NCBI GenBank assembly: GCA_951406725.2
Contig: OX597821.1
Location: 62,930,001-62,994,000 of the forward strand
Direction: 5' to 3'
DNA length: 64,000 bases
DNA from: Octopus vulgaris
Lineage: Eukaryota
Under the pieces are notes generated by a model. It saw only the letters and a program-made list of their open reading frames with translations. It was not told where the DNA came from and ran no database searches. Numbering within the stretch: the stretch's first letter is position 1; each line of letters opens with the position of its first letter. Made by a program: the position numbers and the translations under genes. This document shows, piece by piece, positions 38,657 to 49,606 of the stretch.

Positions 38657-39639
38657 AAAAATATAAGAAGAATATAAATCATAAATTACTTGACAATAGA
38701 ACGTAATAAATACAAAATTACAATTATAAATTAAATAGAAGTATAATAAAAAGTCCTGTTAAAACGTTAAAAAATATGGTGAGGAGAGAACTACACTACG
38801 ATTGCAGGCAAGAATTGTTGTAGGCGATAGAAGATGAAACGTAAAATATAAAATTGAAGTATGGAGTTACAAACGCTGCATGATAAGCAATAAAGTGAGA
38901 GATAACATAGTATAGAAAATATTTTTGTAGGTTATAATAACTTGACAAAGATAAAATTGTAACTATTAGGCTGTTAGAATATCCAGCTAGAAACGAATTT
39001 AACAGTGAATATGAATTTCAGTTTCGTTCAAACAGATATTTTTCTCCCAGGGTACAGAGGAACGCGTTCAGTTTTAATACACACTCACATTCATATACAT
39101 GTATAAACATCTACACAGAGTCACTCGAACACACACCGAGACGTGCATTTATACATACACGCTCGTATTCTGCATTCCTGCATCTGAAATATAGAAATAT
39201 CTACTTCCAACAGGCTAGCTATAATTCTACATAGCTAGCTATCTATATTCATCTCTTTGAATATACTGAATATGTGTGTGTGTGAGTGTGTGTATCGATG
39301 CTATTATGTTAAACTGTCGCATGTCCAAATATGGCCAAATGCATTTTTCTTTTTCAATATTTAATATTGATTGCAATAGCCTGTTCGTTTGGTCAAAGTA
39401 TCGTATCTCCAGCTGATTCAGATGGCAAGATAGGAAAATTGTCAAAGTGTACTACAACGGTATCGTATTTTTCAAAAGTATCATACCTGCATGGTTTTAC
39501 GATTATATGCACCCAACAAAGTATTACTGTTAGGCTTAAACAGTTACCAATGTAAAAAGAAATGGCATGGTGAATCTATTTTTTTCTTTTCCGAGAAAGC
39601 AACGGTTTGGACTTACGACACTTTTTCACAATAGTAAGG

Positions 39640-39659
39640 ATATATATATATACATGTAT

Positions 39660-39710
<51 letters not shown>

Positions 39711-39802
39711 CGTATATATACATATACATATATATACATATATATATAGATGTATATATGTATATGTATATACGTATATCTATATGTATGTATATATATA
39801 TA
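39640..39802. repeat. Compound (TA)n/(CA)n microsatellite
   Basis: Direct reading. Confidence 0.95.
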
Positions 39803-39934
39803 TTTCTTTACTACCCACAAGGGGCTAAACACAGAGGGGACAAACAAGGACAGACAAAGCAATTAAGTCGATTCCATCGACCCCAGTGCGTAACTGGTAC
39901 TTAATTTATCGACCCCGAAAGGATGAAAGACAAA
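39801..39934 (-). mobile_element. SINE 3' half (family B), little diverged
   Basis: Reverse complement aligns essentially without gaps to about 42174-42307 and to the copy at 17043. Confidence 0.92.
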
Positions 39935-40049
39935 CACACACACACATAGATACACAAACAAGGACACAATCATATACGCACATAAAAATACACATCTTAG
40001 GAGAACAGAATGAAGTAAGTTGAGTACGAACATACACGGAAACGATAAG

Positions 40050-40094
40050 TGTCGCTGAAGAGTTCACAGCTGTGTGTCGAAAGATTTTCGGACA
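40050..40094 (+). ncRNA. Minimal type I hammerhead-ribozyme-like motif with canonical core
   Basis: tgtcg-CTGAAGA-g-tt-cac-agct-gtg-tgt-c-GAAA-gattt-TC-ggaca. CUGANGA and GAAA are exact, stem II closes G-C, triplet UUC, stem I is tgtc/gaca with a G-G mismatch at the innermost pair. AATAAA and (TG)n follow. Confidence 0.6.
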
Positions 40095-40174
40095 ACGGAC
40101 AGGCGTTAAAATAATAAAATAACAGTGCCAAAAGAATAAATAATTAAAATAACCATCACGAAATAAAACAATAT

Positions 40175-40189
40175 ATATGCATATGTGTG

Positions 40190-40246
<57 letters not shown>

Positions 40247-40247
40247 G
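40175..40247. repeat. (TG)n microsatellite
   Basis: Direct reading. Confidence 0.97.
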
Positions 40248-40961
40248 AAACAGTGAATCTCGTAATGGGAAAATCTACAATTAATCAAATGTAATGTATT
40301 GGGTTAAATACCCACTAGATGGAAAAATGCGAAATTCCCTTTAGGCTTCGATATTCACTGTTAATATTATTTATTTCATTTGTCTATAATTTTGCATTTC
40401 CATTGTGTATGTGTGTATATGTCTGTGTTTGTGTGTGTGTGTGTGCCTGCGTGCGTGCTTGTGCATATATAGTTGTATTTATTTCACTACCTATGTTTAT
40501 ACACACGCACAGAATGTTCGCTGAATGTAATAACTACAATAGAAAAAAAATGTGAATTTAAATATTTGAAATAGGTGCTGATACACCGAATTCCGCAGGC
40601 AGGAAATTGTCATTGAATGGAAATTTTCCCTTAGGAGGACAAAAAATAGAAATTTGGAGGGAATTGTTAGTGACTCTCACTACGGGGAGAGTACTTCGAG
40701 AAATTATGAATTAATATCAGGGAAGATATAATTTTTATGCTTCAAGGAAAATCGTGATCATTGTTAGTAGCTAAAATGGCAGCGAGATATTAATGTAGAT
40801 GGGGGATGTGCTGTGCTGAATGACTTTAAAAAAATATTAACATATTGAAATTTGCCTCTTATTTGGAGAAAGCAATTAAAGAGCTGGGAGCAATCGAAAG
40901 CAAGTAATAAAATAGAGTAGAACATTTCATGTTATGTATACACCATTTAATAGGCACAATC

Positions 40962-40964
<3 letters not shown>

Positions 40965-41014
<50 letters not shown>

Positions 41015-41071
41015 AGTACAGATAGATTTGCATTCGTACATACATATGCATGGATCATTCTATACGCACAT

Positions 41072-41160
<89 letters not shown>

Positions 41161-41342
41161 CACACATACCTATGTAACTATATCTATTTATCTATATACA
41201 TGTATATTTGTGTTTGTGTGCAGGTATATACTTAAAATATTTAAACATATGCACATATGTTCATATTTCTAAGCCCACACGTATACATACATTGTGACAT
41301 GCACGCATACAAACATACGTACATATATTTATGCACACACAC

Positions 41343-41378
<36 letters not shown>

Positions 41379-41426
41379 GCATGTATGTATGTATGTATAT
41401 ATGTGTATATATATACATGTATATAT

Positions 41427-41475
<49 letters not shown>
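40965..41475. repeat. Cluster of (TA)n/(TATG)n microsatellites
   Basis: Direct reading; source of several spurious ORFs. Confidence 0.95.
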
Positions 41476-41477
<2 letters not shown>

Positions 41478-41989
41478 CATTTTACCGAGTTCACATCTGA
41501 TTTTCAAAAGCTTATCTTACGCGAAGCTGTGAAACGAGCACAGAGAAATATATATCTGGAGAGAAGGTAAAAAATGATATAGAAAGACTTGCAACATGCT
41601 GGAAGTGAAATGGGGAGAAGAAAAAAATGACTCGATAAATCCCACGAATTACAATACCGATAAATACATTACATTTATGGGGACGTCCTAAGTTACTTTT
41701 CTTAGCTTCTTTTCGTTGTTTTCATGAAAATATTCTAACGTTTTAAAAATTCTCTGCTTCTTTTTCTATGTATCTAAGTTTCATATCAGGCTGCAATGAA
41801 ATTATAGCAATGTCGTGCTGGGGATGCATATTGAGTCAAAACCACGTGGGGTAAAATAATGGCCTTCTCACAAAACGTTAAACAAATTTTCATTCCCATT
41901 ATGATATACTGAAAGTGAAAAATTGTTGATTCCTCGAGGTTGGTTGCCCATCTCATTTGATGTTACAATATATTCCTCGTATTTAAGGC

Positions 41990-42060
41990 ATATTGAAATC
42001 GATGTAATAGACTGGCCCCCTCCCTAAACATGTTGGGCCTTGTACTTAGCGTAGAAAGAA
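41990..42060 (+). mobile_element. SINE 3' tail fragment (family B variant)
   Basis: tcgatgtaatagactggccccctccc ... gggccttgtacttagcgtagaaagaa matches 42414-42477. Confidence 0.75.
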
Positions 42061-42076
42061 ATATATGCTTTATGAA

Positions 42077-42477
42077 GGCGGCGAGCTGGCAGAAATGCTA
42101 GCACGCCGTGTGAAATGCTTATCGGTATTTCGTCTGCCGCTACGTTCTGAGTTCAAATTCCGCCGAGGTCGACTTTGCATTTCCTCCTTTCGGAGTCGAT
42201 TAAATAAGTACCAGTTACGCACTGGGGTCGATATAATCGACTTAATCCGTTTATCTGTCCTTGTTTATCCTCTCTGTGTTTAGCCCCTTGTGGCTAGGAA
42301 AGAAATAGGTATTTCATCTGCCTTTTATGTTCTGAGTTCAAATTCCGCCGTGGCCGACTTTGCCTAACATCCTTTCGGTGTTAATAGATTAAGTACCAGT
42401 TGTGTACTGGGGTCGATCTAATAGGCTGTATCCCCTCCCCCAAAATTTCGGGCCTTGTGCCTAGAGTAGAAAAGAAT
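42077..42477 (+). mobile_element. Dimeric SINE (family B) with probable 14-bp TSD
   Basis: Head ggcggcgagctggcagaaatgctagcacgccg. The block at about 42125-42241 recurs at about 42308-42426. Flanks are atatatgctttatg (42061-42074) and atgtatgcttcatg (42476-42489). Confidence 0.9.
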
Positions 42478-42589
42478 GTATGCTTCATGCTTAAATTCTC
42501 TGAAAATGAAGATCGTTTATATATAGTATACAACTCTTCGCCTTCTGTGTTCATTCTTTGTACACAAACCCACAAACATACCATACACA

Positions 42590-42697
42590 AACAAACACAT
42601 ACACACACACACATAGATAGATAGATAGATAGATAGATATATTCATGTACATATGTGTGCATATATGTATGTATGTTTAAATGTATAAAATATCCAG

Positions 42698-42755
<58 letters not shown>
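42590..42755. repeat. Compound (CA)n/(GATA)n/(TA)n microsatellite
   Basis: Direct reading. Confidence 0.95.
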
Positions 42756-42757
<2 letters not shown>

Positions 42758-42812
42758 CATAATAGTTGTTTACACTACTTAAACAAGTAAAAGAAAAAGT
42801 AAAAAATATATC

Positions 42813-43100
42813 AGGTATTATATTTCTGTCGTGTTTGTTTCTCCGTTGACAAGATATCTCAAGATCCGCAGGATGGATTCGGATGAAACTTTCAGGGGTA
42901 TTTGATTTCGTAACTGGTACGAACTTATTATATTTTGGGATCGATCTGTTACCGGACAAGGATTCTTGATTATTCTTCCTGACTTTTTTTTTACTTAATT
43001 TTTGAGAGCGGTCGGGTTCATTATTATTCTCCTTTGTGAGAGCAGTCGAGTTTATTTCAGATGTTCTCATTTTGAAAATCATCTCCGGCTAATCTTCGAG
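42813..43100 (+). mobile_element. Possible non-autonomous Helentron/DINE-1-like interspersed element, 5' part
   Basis: aggtatta ... gtcgtgtttgttt ... caagatatctcaaga ... gatggattcggatgaaactttcaggg ... ttattatattttggg resembles, from memory, the 5' core of Helentron-associated elements. Termini not verified. Confidence 0.45.
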
Positions 43101-43858
43101 TTCTCTGAGTCCACTTGTTTGATATGAATTCGAGTGTAGAGAGTTGAACAGACTAATTTACCTATGATTTTCTACAACGATTTCAATTGCTACTGGCGTC
43201 GAATTCTTTCCAATCGTTATAAAGCTTGTGAAATAAATAATTGGTCTAGTCTTTTAGCACGCCTGTCTTGTGGGATCTTTCCTTCTTTTCCAACGTAACG
43301 TAACGTTATTTTTATTGACCACTTGAAAGCGTTTTATTTAGCAAAAACAGAATTGTAACTGATGACATTTCTTGCAACATTAAATTACTTGTATTTGCGA
43401 CTTGATTTGAAATATACCGGGCATTGATTTAGTTATTCATTATTCGAAGCTCAATAAAATACTAACCGTTATGTACTGTGTGACCGCATGGTCATTTTAG
43501 ACATATTTATTGCAATATTTGTTCGTTTACTGCGACGTAAAAAGAGAAAAAAAAAAGAAAGACACAACACAATATACTTAAATATTCACTTACGTCCATA
43601 TAAAAAAATGATTTCCAATAAATGAGCCTTGTATATGACTTAAATATTTCTGCTGTCAATAAGGCAATATCTATTCAATCAATTATTTGAGTTTTCTTCA
43701 AATACATGATCCTGTTCAATACCAAGAAGTTATATATTCTCAGAATATTTGATGCGAAATTTGTCTATCGAAGCAAAAACTTCTACTGTCTCTAATCCCT
43801 GTTCGCTTTCTTCTTCAACTATAATTGCTTTCACTTAGCTATTATTGTTTTCTTGAAT

Positions 43859-43861
<3 letters not shown>

Positions 43862-43899
<38 letters not shown>
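43862..43899. repeat. (TA)n microsatellite
   Basis: Direct reading. Confidence 0.97.
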
Positions 43900-43901
<2 letters not shown>

Positions 43902-45074
43902 TATTTGAAATACACAAGGTTTATAAAAGTGTGGCCTTAAGCCTTATTCTGAATCAGTAACAACCACCATTGAATAAAGCTTTCAAATGTGTTTACTCAA
44001 CTATTTGTATTTACTACACGCTGTTCATTGTTTTTATGTTACTAATATTCTTTTGTTAGGCATAAATGGTATAAATTGGTTCTACATAACAGTAGGGGCA
44101 CTTTACATTTACCTTGGAGTGTTAGGTTAAGGATAATGTATCTAGTATGAAAAGCATCGACAACGATATAATCTTCAAAAACATTTTTCTGCAGTCGTTT
44201 CAAGGACTACCAGTAATACACCGTTTAATTCAATCAATTATATTCTTCCTACAACAATTGCACATGCAATCAGTCAAACACAATCAATATTACTTTCCAA
44301 TTGAAGATTCATAAAACAGCATTCTCATATTTTCTCTCATTGTTTGATTTATATTTTAAAAAATAAAAGGAATATAAATCAAAGAATTGAAATTTGAGAA
44401 GTAAAAGGAAAACAAAAAAAAAATGAAACAGAACACTGATCAATACTGCGATATTTTTGCCGATAACTTTTGCATGATTTAAAGAATCACTACTGCATAT
44501 CTGAAAGTATTGATTATAGGAAATTTTACATGATATTTTCTTAACATGCATCAGGTGAAAATTTAAAGCCGTGCATGGATCGAAAAAATACAGGAAATAA
44601 AATATAAATTATTGAAAGAAAGGAATGGATTAGGATATTGTTTTATTAATATCTAATATAAAAGTTAAAAGAGTTAACAAATCACGTGTTTAGAATATTA
44701 GATAAATATAACTGATTGTATTTGAAATATTTATTTGTTTCACTTGTTCAATATTCTCTTGTCGTTGGTGTTCTTGTTATTGTAGATTTTTATATTTTTG
44801 TTTTTGCTCGTGGGTCATTATATTTCATAATGTAAAACAAAAAAGCATGAAAGGGATATATATCATAGTATATAGAGAAATTAATATTTTGTTAGAGAGT
44901 AAAAGTTAAGTTGAAAATGATACTTGATCAATCTTTGATGTCTTCCACATTAGATTCGTTTCATGTTCTGCAGGATAATACTGTTCCGTTTCTTAAAGAT
45001 AATATTTAATATCAAAATCACGAGTTGAAAACTTTGTGCTTCAAAGCAAAACGTTATTTCTGAATAATAAGATA

Positions 45075-45190
45075 GTTGGTATAGATGTGGCGTTAAGGAA
45101 TTGCTTCGTAATGTAAATTTTACTGGTTCGATTACACAGCACTGACATGAAGTAATGGTCTTCTACTGAAAGCTTGAGTTGACTAAAATA
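45075..45190 (+). mobile_element. Diverged SINE 5' fragment (family A)
   Basis: gtggcgttaaggaattgcttc ... ggttcgatt ... gtcttctactgaaagcttgagttgactaaa resembles the head of the copy at 55330. Confidence 0.5.
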
Positions 45191-45361
45191 TGGTTACGTA
45201 CATGGCTACGTCTGCTGAATTCGCTTGATATAGACTCATCTCCATCTTGGCTGAGAAATTTTCTCATCCAGCCTAGAGACGACTAACATTATCAACTCAC
45301 AAATAAAGAATATTTACCCTCCAAGGAGGTGTTGAACACTCGTTTTGACTCTTTGATATTA

Positions 45362-45382
45362 GTGTATATATATGTATGTATG

Positions 45383-45430
<48 letters not shown>

Positions 45431-45580
45431 TGTCTGTGTGTGTGTATACATATATACAGACATATATATATATATGTATATATATATATACATATATATA
45501 CATATATATATATATGTATGTATGTATATATACATACATATATGTACATACCTATATATAAATGTATATATACATGCATA
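45362..45580. repeat. Compound (TG)n/(TA)n microsatellite
   Basis: Direct reading. Confidence 0.95.
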
Positions 45581-45756
45581 TAAGGGTACAGGACATCAAA
45601 AAACCGTTGAACACAACGAGAAACGAAAACATAAAAACAAAAACATACAAACGAACTTTTTTCAAACAACTTAAAAAACAGAGAGACAAGACATACAACA
45701 CAAGGAATATTCCCCTTCTTCAGTTGTCCCTGTTTCAACTACTCCGCGCTTCGAAC
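45581..45756 (-). mobile_element. Short interspersed cassette abutting a microsatellite
   Basis: About 175 bp with a T-rich minus-strand 3' region ending in cccttat before the TA/TG array. Same layout as 10667-10865. Confidence 0.4.
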
Positions 45757-46424
45757 ATACATTAAAGTTAGCCCATGTAACAGGAACTGAGAGATATATC
45801 GTAGAACAGAGAAACAGTGGATGTTACAGTTAATTTGACATTATTTCTGAATTCTGCGAGCAAAAACATATAAGATACGGGTATTCTTTTCCTTGGGACA
45901 AATTATTTGTTGACCAGTGTTATTCCTATCGTAGTTTACAAATCCAAGCATGAAAACGTTACTCAACTTTGGAGATTTGTAGACAGACGCTACCTTCACG
46001 CACATAGACACATACACAGACAAACACATAAATGCATAAATGTACATATGAACTTATACATGACTACATACATTCACATGCACTTATATATTAATGATGT
46101 ACACAAGTATACATAATACTGAAATACGCATGAAGTAAATACATGCAGACAGATAAATTAATATAACACATTTTAAAACAATTATAAAAACATACAAACA
46201 ATGAAGAGACAAAAGAAGCAGTAAGATTATACATGTTGATTATATTTAGAATCCTAAAACGAACAGGTCATATCACAGATGCTAAATTTCACAGGGTACA
46301 GCCTTAAAGTTTACTCCGCTCCACTAAACGCAGAAAATTTCTGTCGCGCTGTTGGCTAAAAATACAGAGTTTTTCCGATTATTAACCTCTGTAACTTATC
46401 CCTCTAATTTTTTCCTCTACATCA

Positions 46425-46542
46425 TACCTATTTCTTTATTACCCACAAGGGGCTAAACATAGAGGGGACAAACAAAGACAGCCATAGGTATTAAGTCGAT
46501 TACATCGACCTCAGTGCGTAACTGGTACTTAATTTATCGACC
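46425..46542 (-). mobile_element. SINE 3' half (family B)
   Basis: acccacaaggggctaaacatagaggggacaaacaa ... cagtgcgtaactggtacttaatttatcgacc is nearly the same as 39801-39915. Confidence 0.92.
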
Positions 46543-46599
46543 ATAGCAATAAGATTGGAAGACTACATTATTATAGCCGATTTTCAGATTTTTTTTTAC

Positions 46600-47860
46600 T
46601 TCCTTTTAAAAGATGCATATTTTGCGAATGAAAAAATAAAGTAGATCCGGAAGCGGGGTTAGTGGCATTGTTTTAGAATGTGCACTTTGGTGGTGGCTGC
46701 CACTGTGAGTAGGAATTGAGGGTCTAGTCCCTGGTAACTGAGGGAATTTCCAATCAGTGTCAGTGCACAACCACTTGCGTTGTGAATAACGGCATATTTT
46801 GGAGTTTCGTCTGTAGGCGGTGAGAGGCAATAGATTTTAATTTGTGTACATTTGTGTTTGGGGTCATTAAGTAAGCATTTAGTTAGTTATTACAAATTAG
46901 GAGAGTAGCAGGTTGAAGCTGTTTCTGTTGCTGCCTTTGTGGTGGTTGTTGTACCTGTAATTGTTGCTGTTGCTGTTGTTGTGGTGATGGTGGTGGTGGT
47001 GGTGGTGATTTTTGTTGCTGTATTTGATGGGTGGGTAAAAAACTTTGGTTGAATGAGCCATGAACAGCTGGAATCCGAAAAGTTGACCGTTCATTAAGTA
47101 GGTCATCAATTGTGGTTGAATTAACACGTGTTAGATGTTGAAACTGAATCACATGTTGTTGTTGCTGCTGTGATGGTTATTATTGTTGTTGATGTGGTTG
47201 TTGTTGTCACCGTGATTGTTGTTGAAGAGAAAACACGTTGGAGTTTTTCAAAATGTATGTTAATTAATTTAAATGCCACTTCAGTTTGTTAAGTTTGTTT
47301 TGAATCTGTTTCTCGGAGCAATTTCTTAAGTGTTGAACTGTACCTCTGGCTATTAGGCTCCGTCATAATGTCTCTATGTTCTCCGTTTGGCCAAGACAGT
47401 ACCATGAATTTATTAGACGGTCTATTTCATACTTAGAGAGTTATTGCTTAGATTTTTTTATCGAGTAGTCATTCTAGGTGTTTTTGTTGTTTCTTTTTGT
47501 AAATAAATCTGTTTCATAATTATTGATTGGGTATTTAGTTGTGCAGAAACGTAAGGAATGACCATGCTTCTTTTCACTTTTGATAATGCTTCTTGTTCTT
47601 GTTCTTGTTTCAACCATGGCTGCCTCTGCGTATTTATTTGTGTTGTTGTTTACTTTGTAAAACAGTAAGGGGAGAGGGTTGCTAGCACATCAACCTCTAC
47701 CCACATTTTCCCCATTCACATCTTTACCTAACAAAATCCGATAAAAGGTATAGATGCAAATCTATCTAATTACTTGTCTTCTAAAATCAGGCATAACTTG
47801 GCGATCGGTCGGCTTACAACACCGTTCTTCGTCTTGAGTTTACTCAGTAGAGTGTGTTTG
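46600..47860 (-). mobile_element. Putative 5' region (UTR plus decayed ORF1) of a non-LTR retrotransposon
   Basis: Higher GC than the flanks, strong strand skew (A/C-rich on minus), broken ORFs with Pro/Gln/His low-complexity tracts and an LLTVAATTKVHI segment reminiscent of L1/Tx1 ORF1. No RT or endonuclease motif seen. Confidence 0.3.
46925..47225. repeat. Imperfect (GTT)n/(GGT)n/(GCT)n trinucleotide tracts
   Basis: Direct reading; gives the polyQ/polyP/polyH ORFs on the minus strand. Confidence 0.85.
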
Positions 47861-48737
47861 GTAAAATGAAAAGATCAAGGTGAGCTCTGATTGGCTGTAT
47901 GAAAATTGCTGGGGTTTGAAACTCTCGTAGAAAAAAAAAAATTTGCGGGCGGACCCTCATAGTCATTCAATGTTTAAAAAATCCAATTATATTTATTATT
48001 AAGAATTGTATAAAAATAATTAAAATATTTTGTGTATTGTAGAAGTATGACCAATTTATTGCAGGTATATTTTACCCACAAAATCATATATGGACTCCCC
48101 CAAAAGCACTGAAAGCAAAGGAGAATAGCTGTCAATTGTGATGGAGCAATATTATATGAAAATTCATTTTTCTATTGTATGCACTATTCGAATATTACTA
48201 GCGTTATTAACTTCATTCTTTCTTTCGCTCATAGATAGGAAATAAATACCAGTGATACGTAACAGCTCGAAACAATCGACTATATATCTTGTTAAGTAAT
48301 AGATGACCATCTAGCGATATAAGAGATCAATATTTATTACAAGATCGATACTAGGAAGAAAAAAAGGAAAAGGATAGTAACAGAAATAATGTGAAAGAAA
48401 ATAAGAAAAATGACTGAATAAATGAAACAGAGATCAAAAGTTTGAAAAATATTGGTTTCATGGAAATATAAAGGGAATTTATATTGCTAGCGAGAAAGAA
48501 ATATTTCAGCAAGAAAGATAGCAGGAAATAAAGTAAGTAAAAATAGCTTGGCAAAGAAAACCTATAGAATTGAGAATATGGTATTAGAAAGGCAAAACGT
48601 TAAAGTATAAATCTATGAAAAGAGAAAACTTTTCAATTGTAGTCTTATAATAAATTATTTTTAACACTGTTACATATGCATACGCATGCGTTTGTGTGTT
48701 TATGCATGTGTGTATGCGTGGGAATATATCATGTCCT

Positions 48738-49010
48738 GAAGGTGTGCATCTTAATGAATAGTGGATACTTGGCTCACGATCTTAGGGTTGCAGTTCGATT
48801 CCCGGTGGCCAGTTGTGTCCTGGAACAAGACACTTTATTTCAAGTTGCTACAGTCAACTCATATTGAAAAATGAGTGGTACCCGTAATTCAAAGGGCCGC
48901 CTTTGTTAAAGTTGCTCATGCTCAACCACTTGCTTGTTAGTTTCACTAGCTGGCTGCCCCGCTGCTGGGATCAGCTGGAACACTCGGCGTCGTAACAGAT
49001 GGAGTGCCAG
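48738..49010 (+). mobile_element. CORE-like SINE with family C head and family D tail
   Basis: gttcgattccc ... ttgtgtcctggaacaagacactttatttcaagttgctacagtcaactca ... aaatgagt, then a tail ending ggaacactcggcgtcgtaacagatggagtgcca as in 3399-3771. Confidence 0.8.
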
Positions 49011-49276
49011 TTTCAAATCCAGCGTACAGTCTCACCTATGTGTGACTGTATGTATACATAAATGTTAAAACACGCGCTCAAACATGCGTTCATACATACA
49101 AACTTGTCTATATGAACGCAGAGATGGGAGTAGGAGTGTACAGTTATATGCGCATACGCATGGAAATTGTTTGCATGTTTTATCCAAACATTACCACAAA
49201 ATGTTTCTCTGAAATTTTGTATAATTTCCCAAGGAAAATAGGAATGAATTTTACGTAGAACAGAATTAAAGCCACG

Positions 49277-49606
49277 TTTTTTTCTTTTTGGCTTCAGTCA
49301 TTTGACTGCAGCCAGGAATTATTCTTTGTAAAGCCTAGTACTTATTCTGTCGGTCACTTTTGCCGAACCATTAAGTTACGGGACATAAACACACCAACAT
49401 CGGTTGTCAAGTGATGGTGGGGAACAACCCCCTCCCATACACACGCACGAGCTTCTTTCAGTTTCCGCCTACCAAATCCACTCATAAGGCTTTGGTCGAC
49501 TCGAGGCTTATAGTAGAAGACACTTGCCCTAGGTGCCACGCAGTGGGATTGAACCCGGAACCATGTGGTTGGGAAACAAGCTTCTTATCACAGTCACTAC
49601 TGCGCC
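49277..49606 (-). mobile_element. SINE (family A), near full length with a short 3' deletion
   Basis: Reverse complement of the copies at 55330 and 60806 (gtgccacgcagtgggattgaacccggaaccatgtggttggga). Confidence 0.92.

Noticed and set aside
42381-43082. 233-aa minus-strand ORF
   Set aside because: Runs across an interspersed repeat, a microsatellite and a SINE tail; chance open frame.
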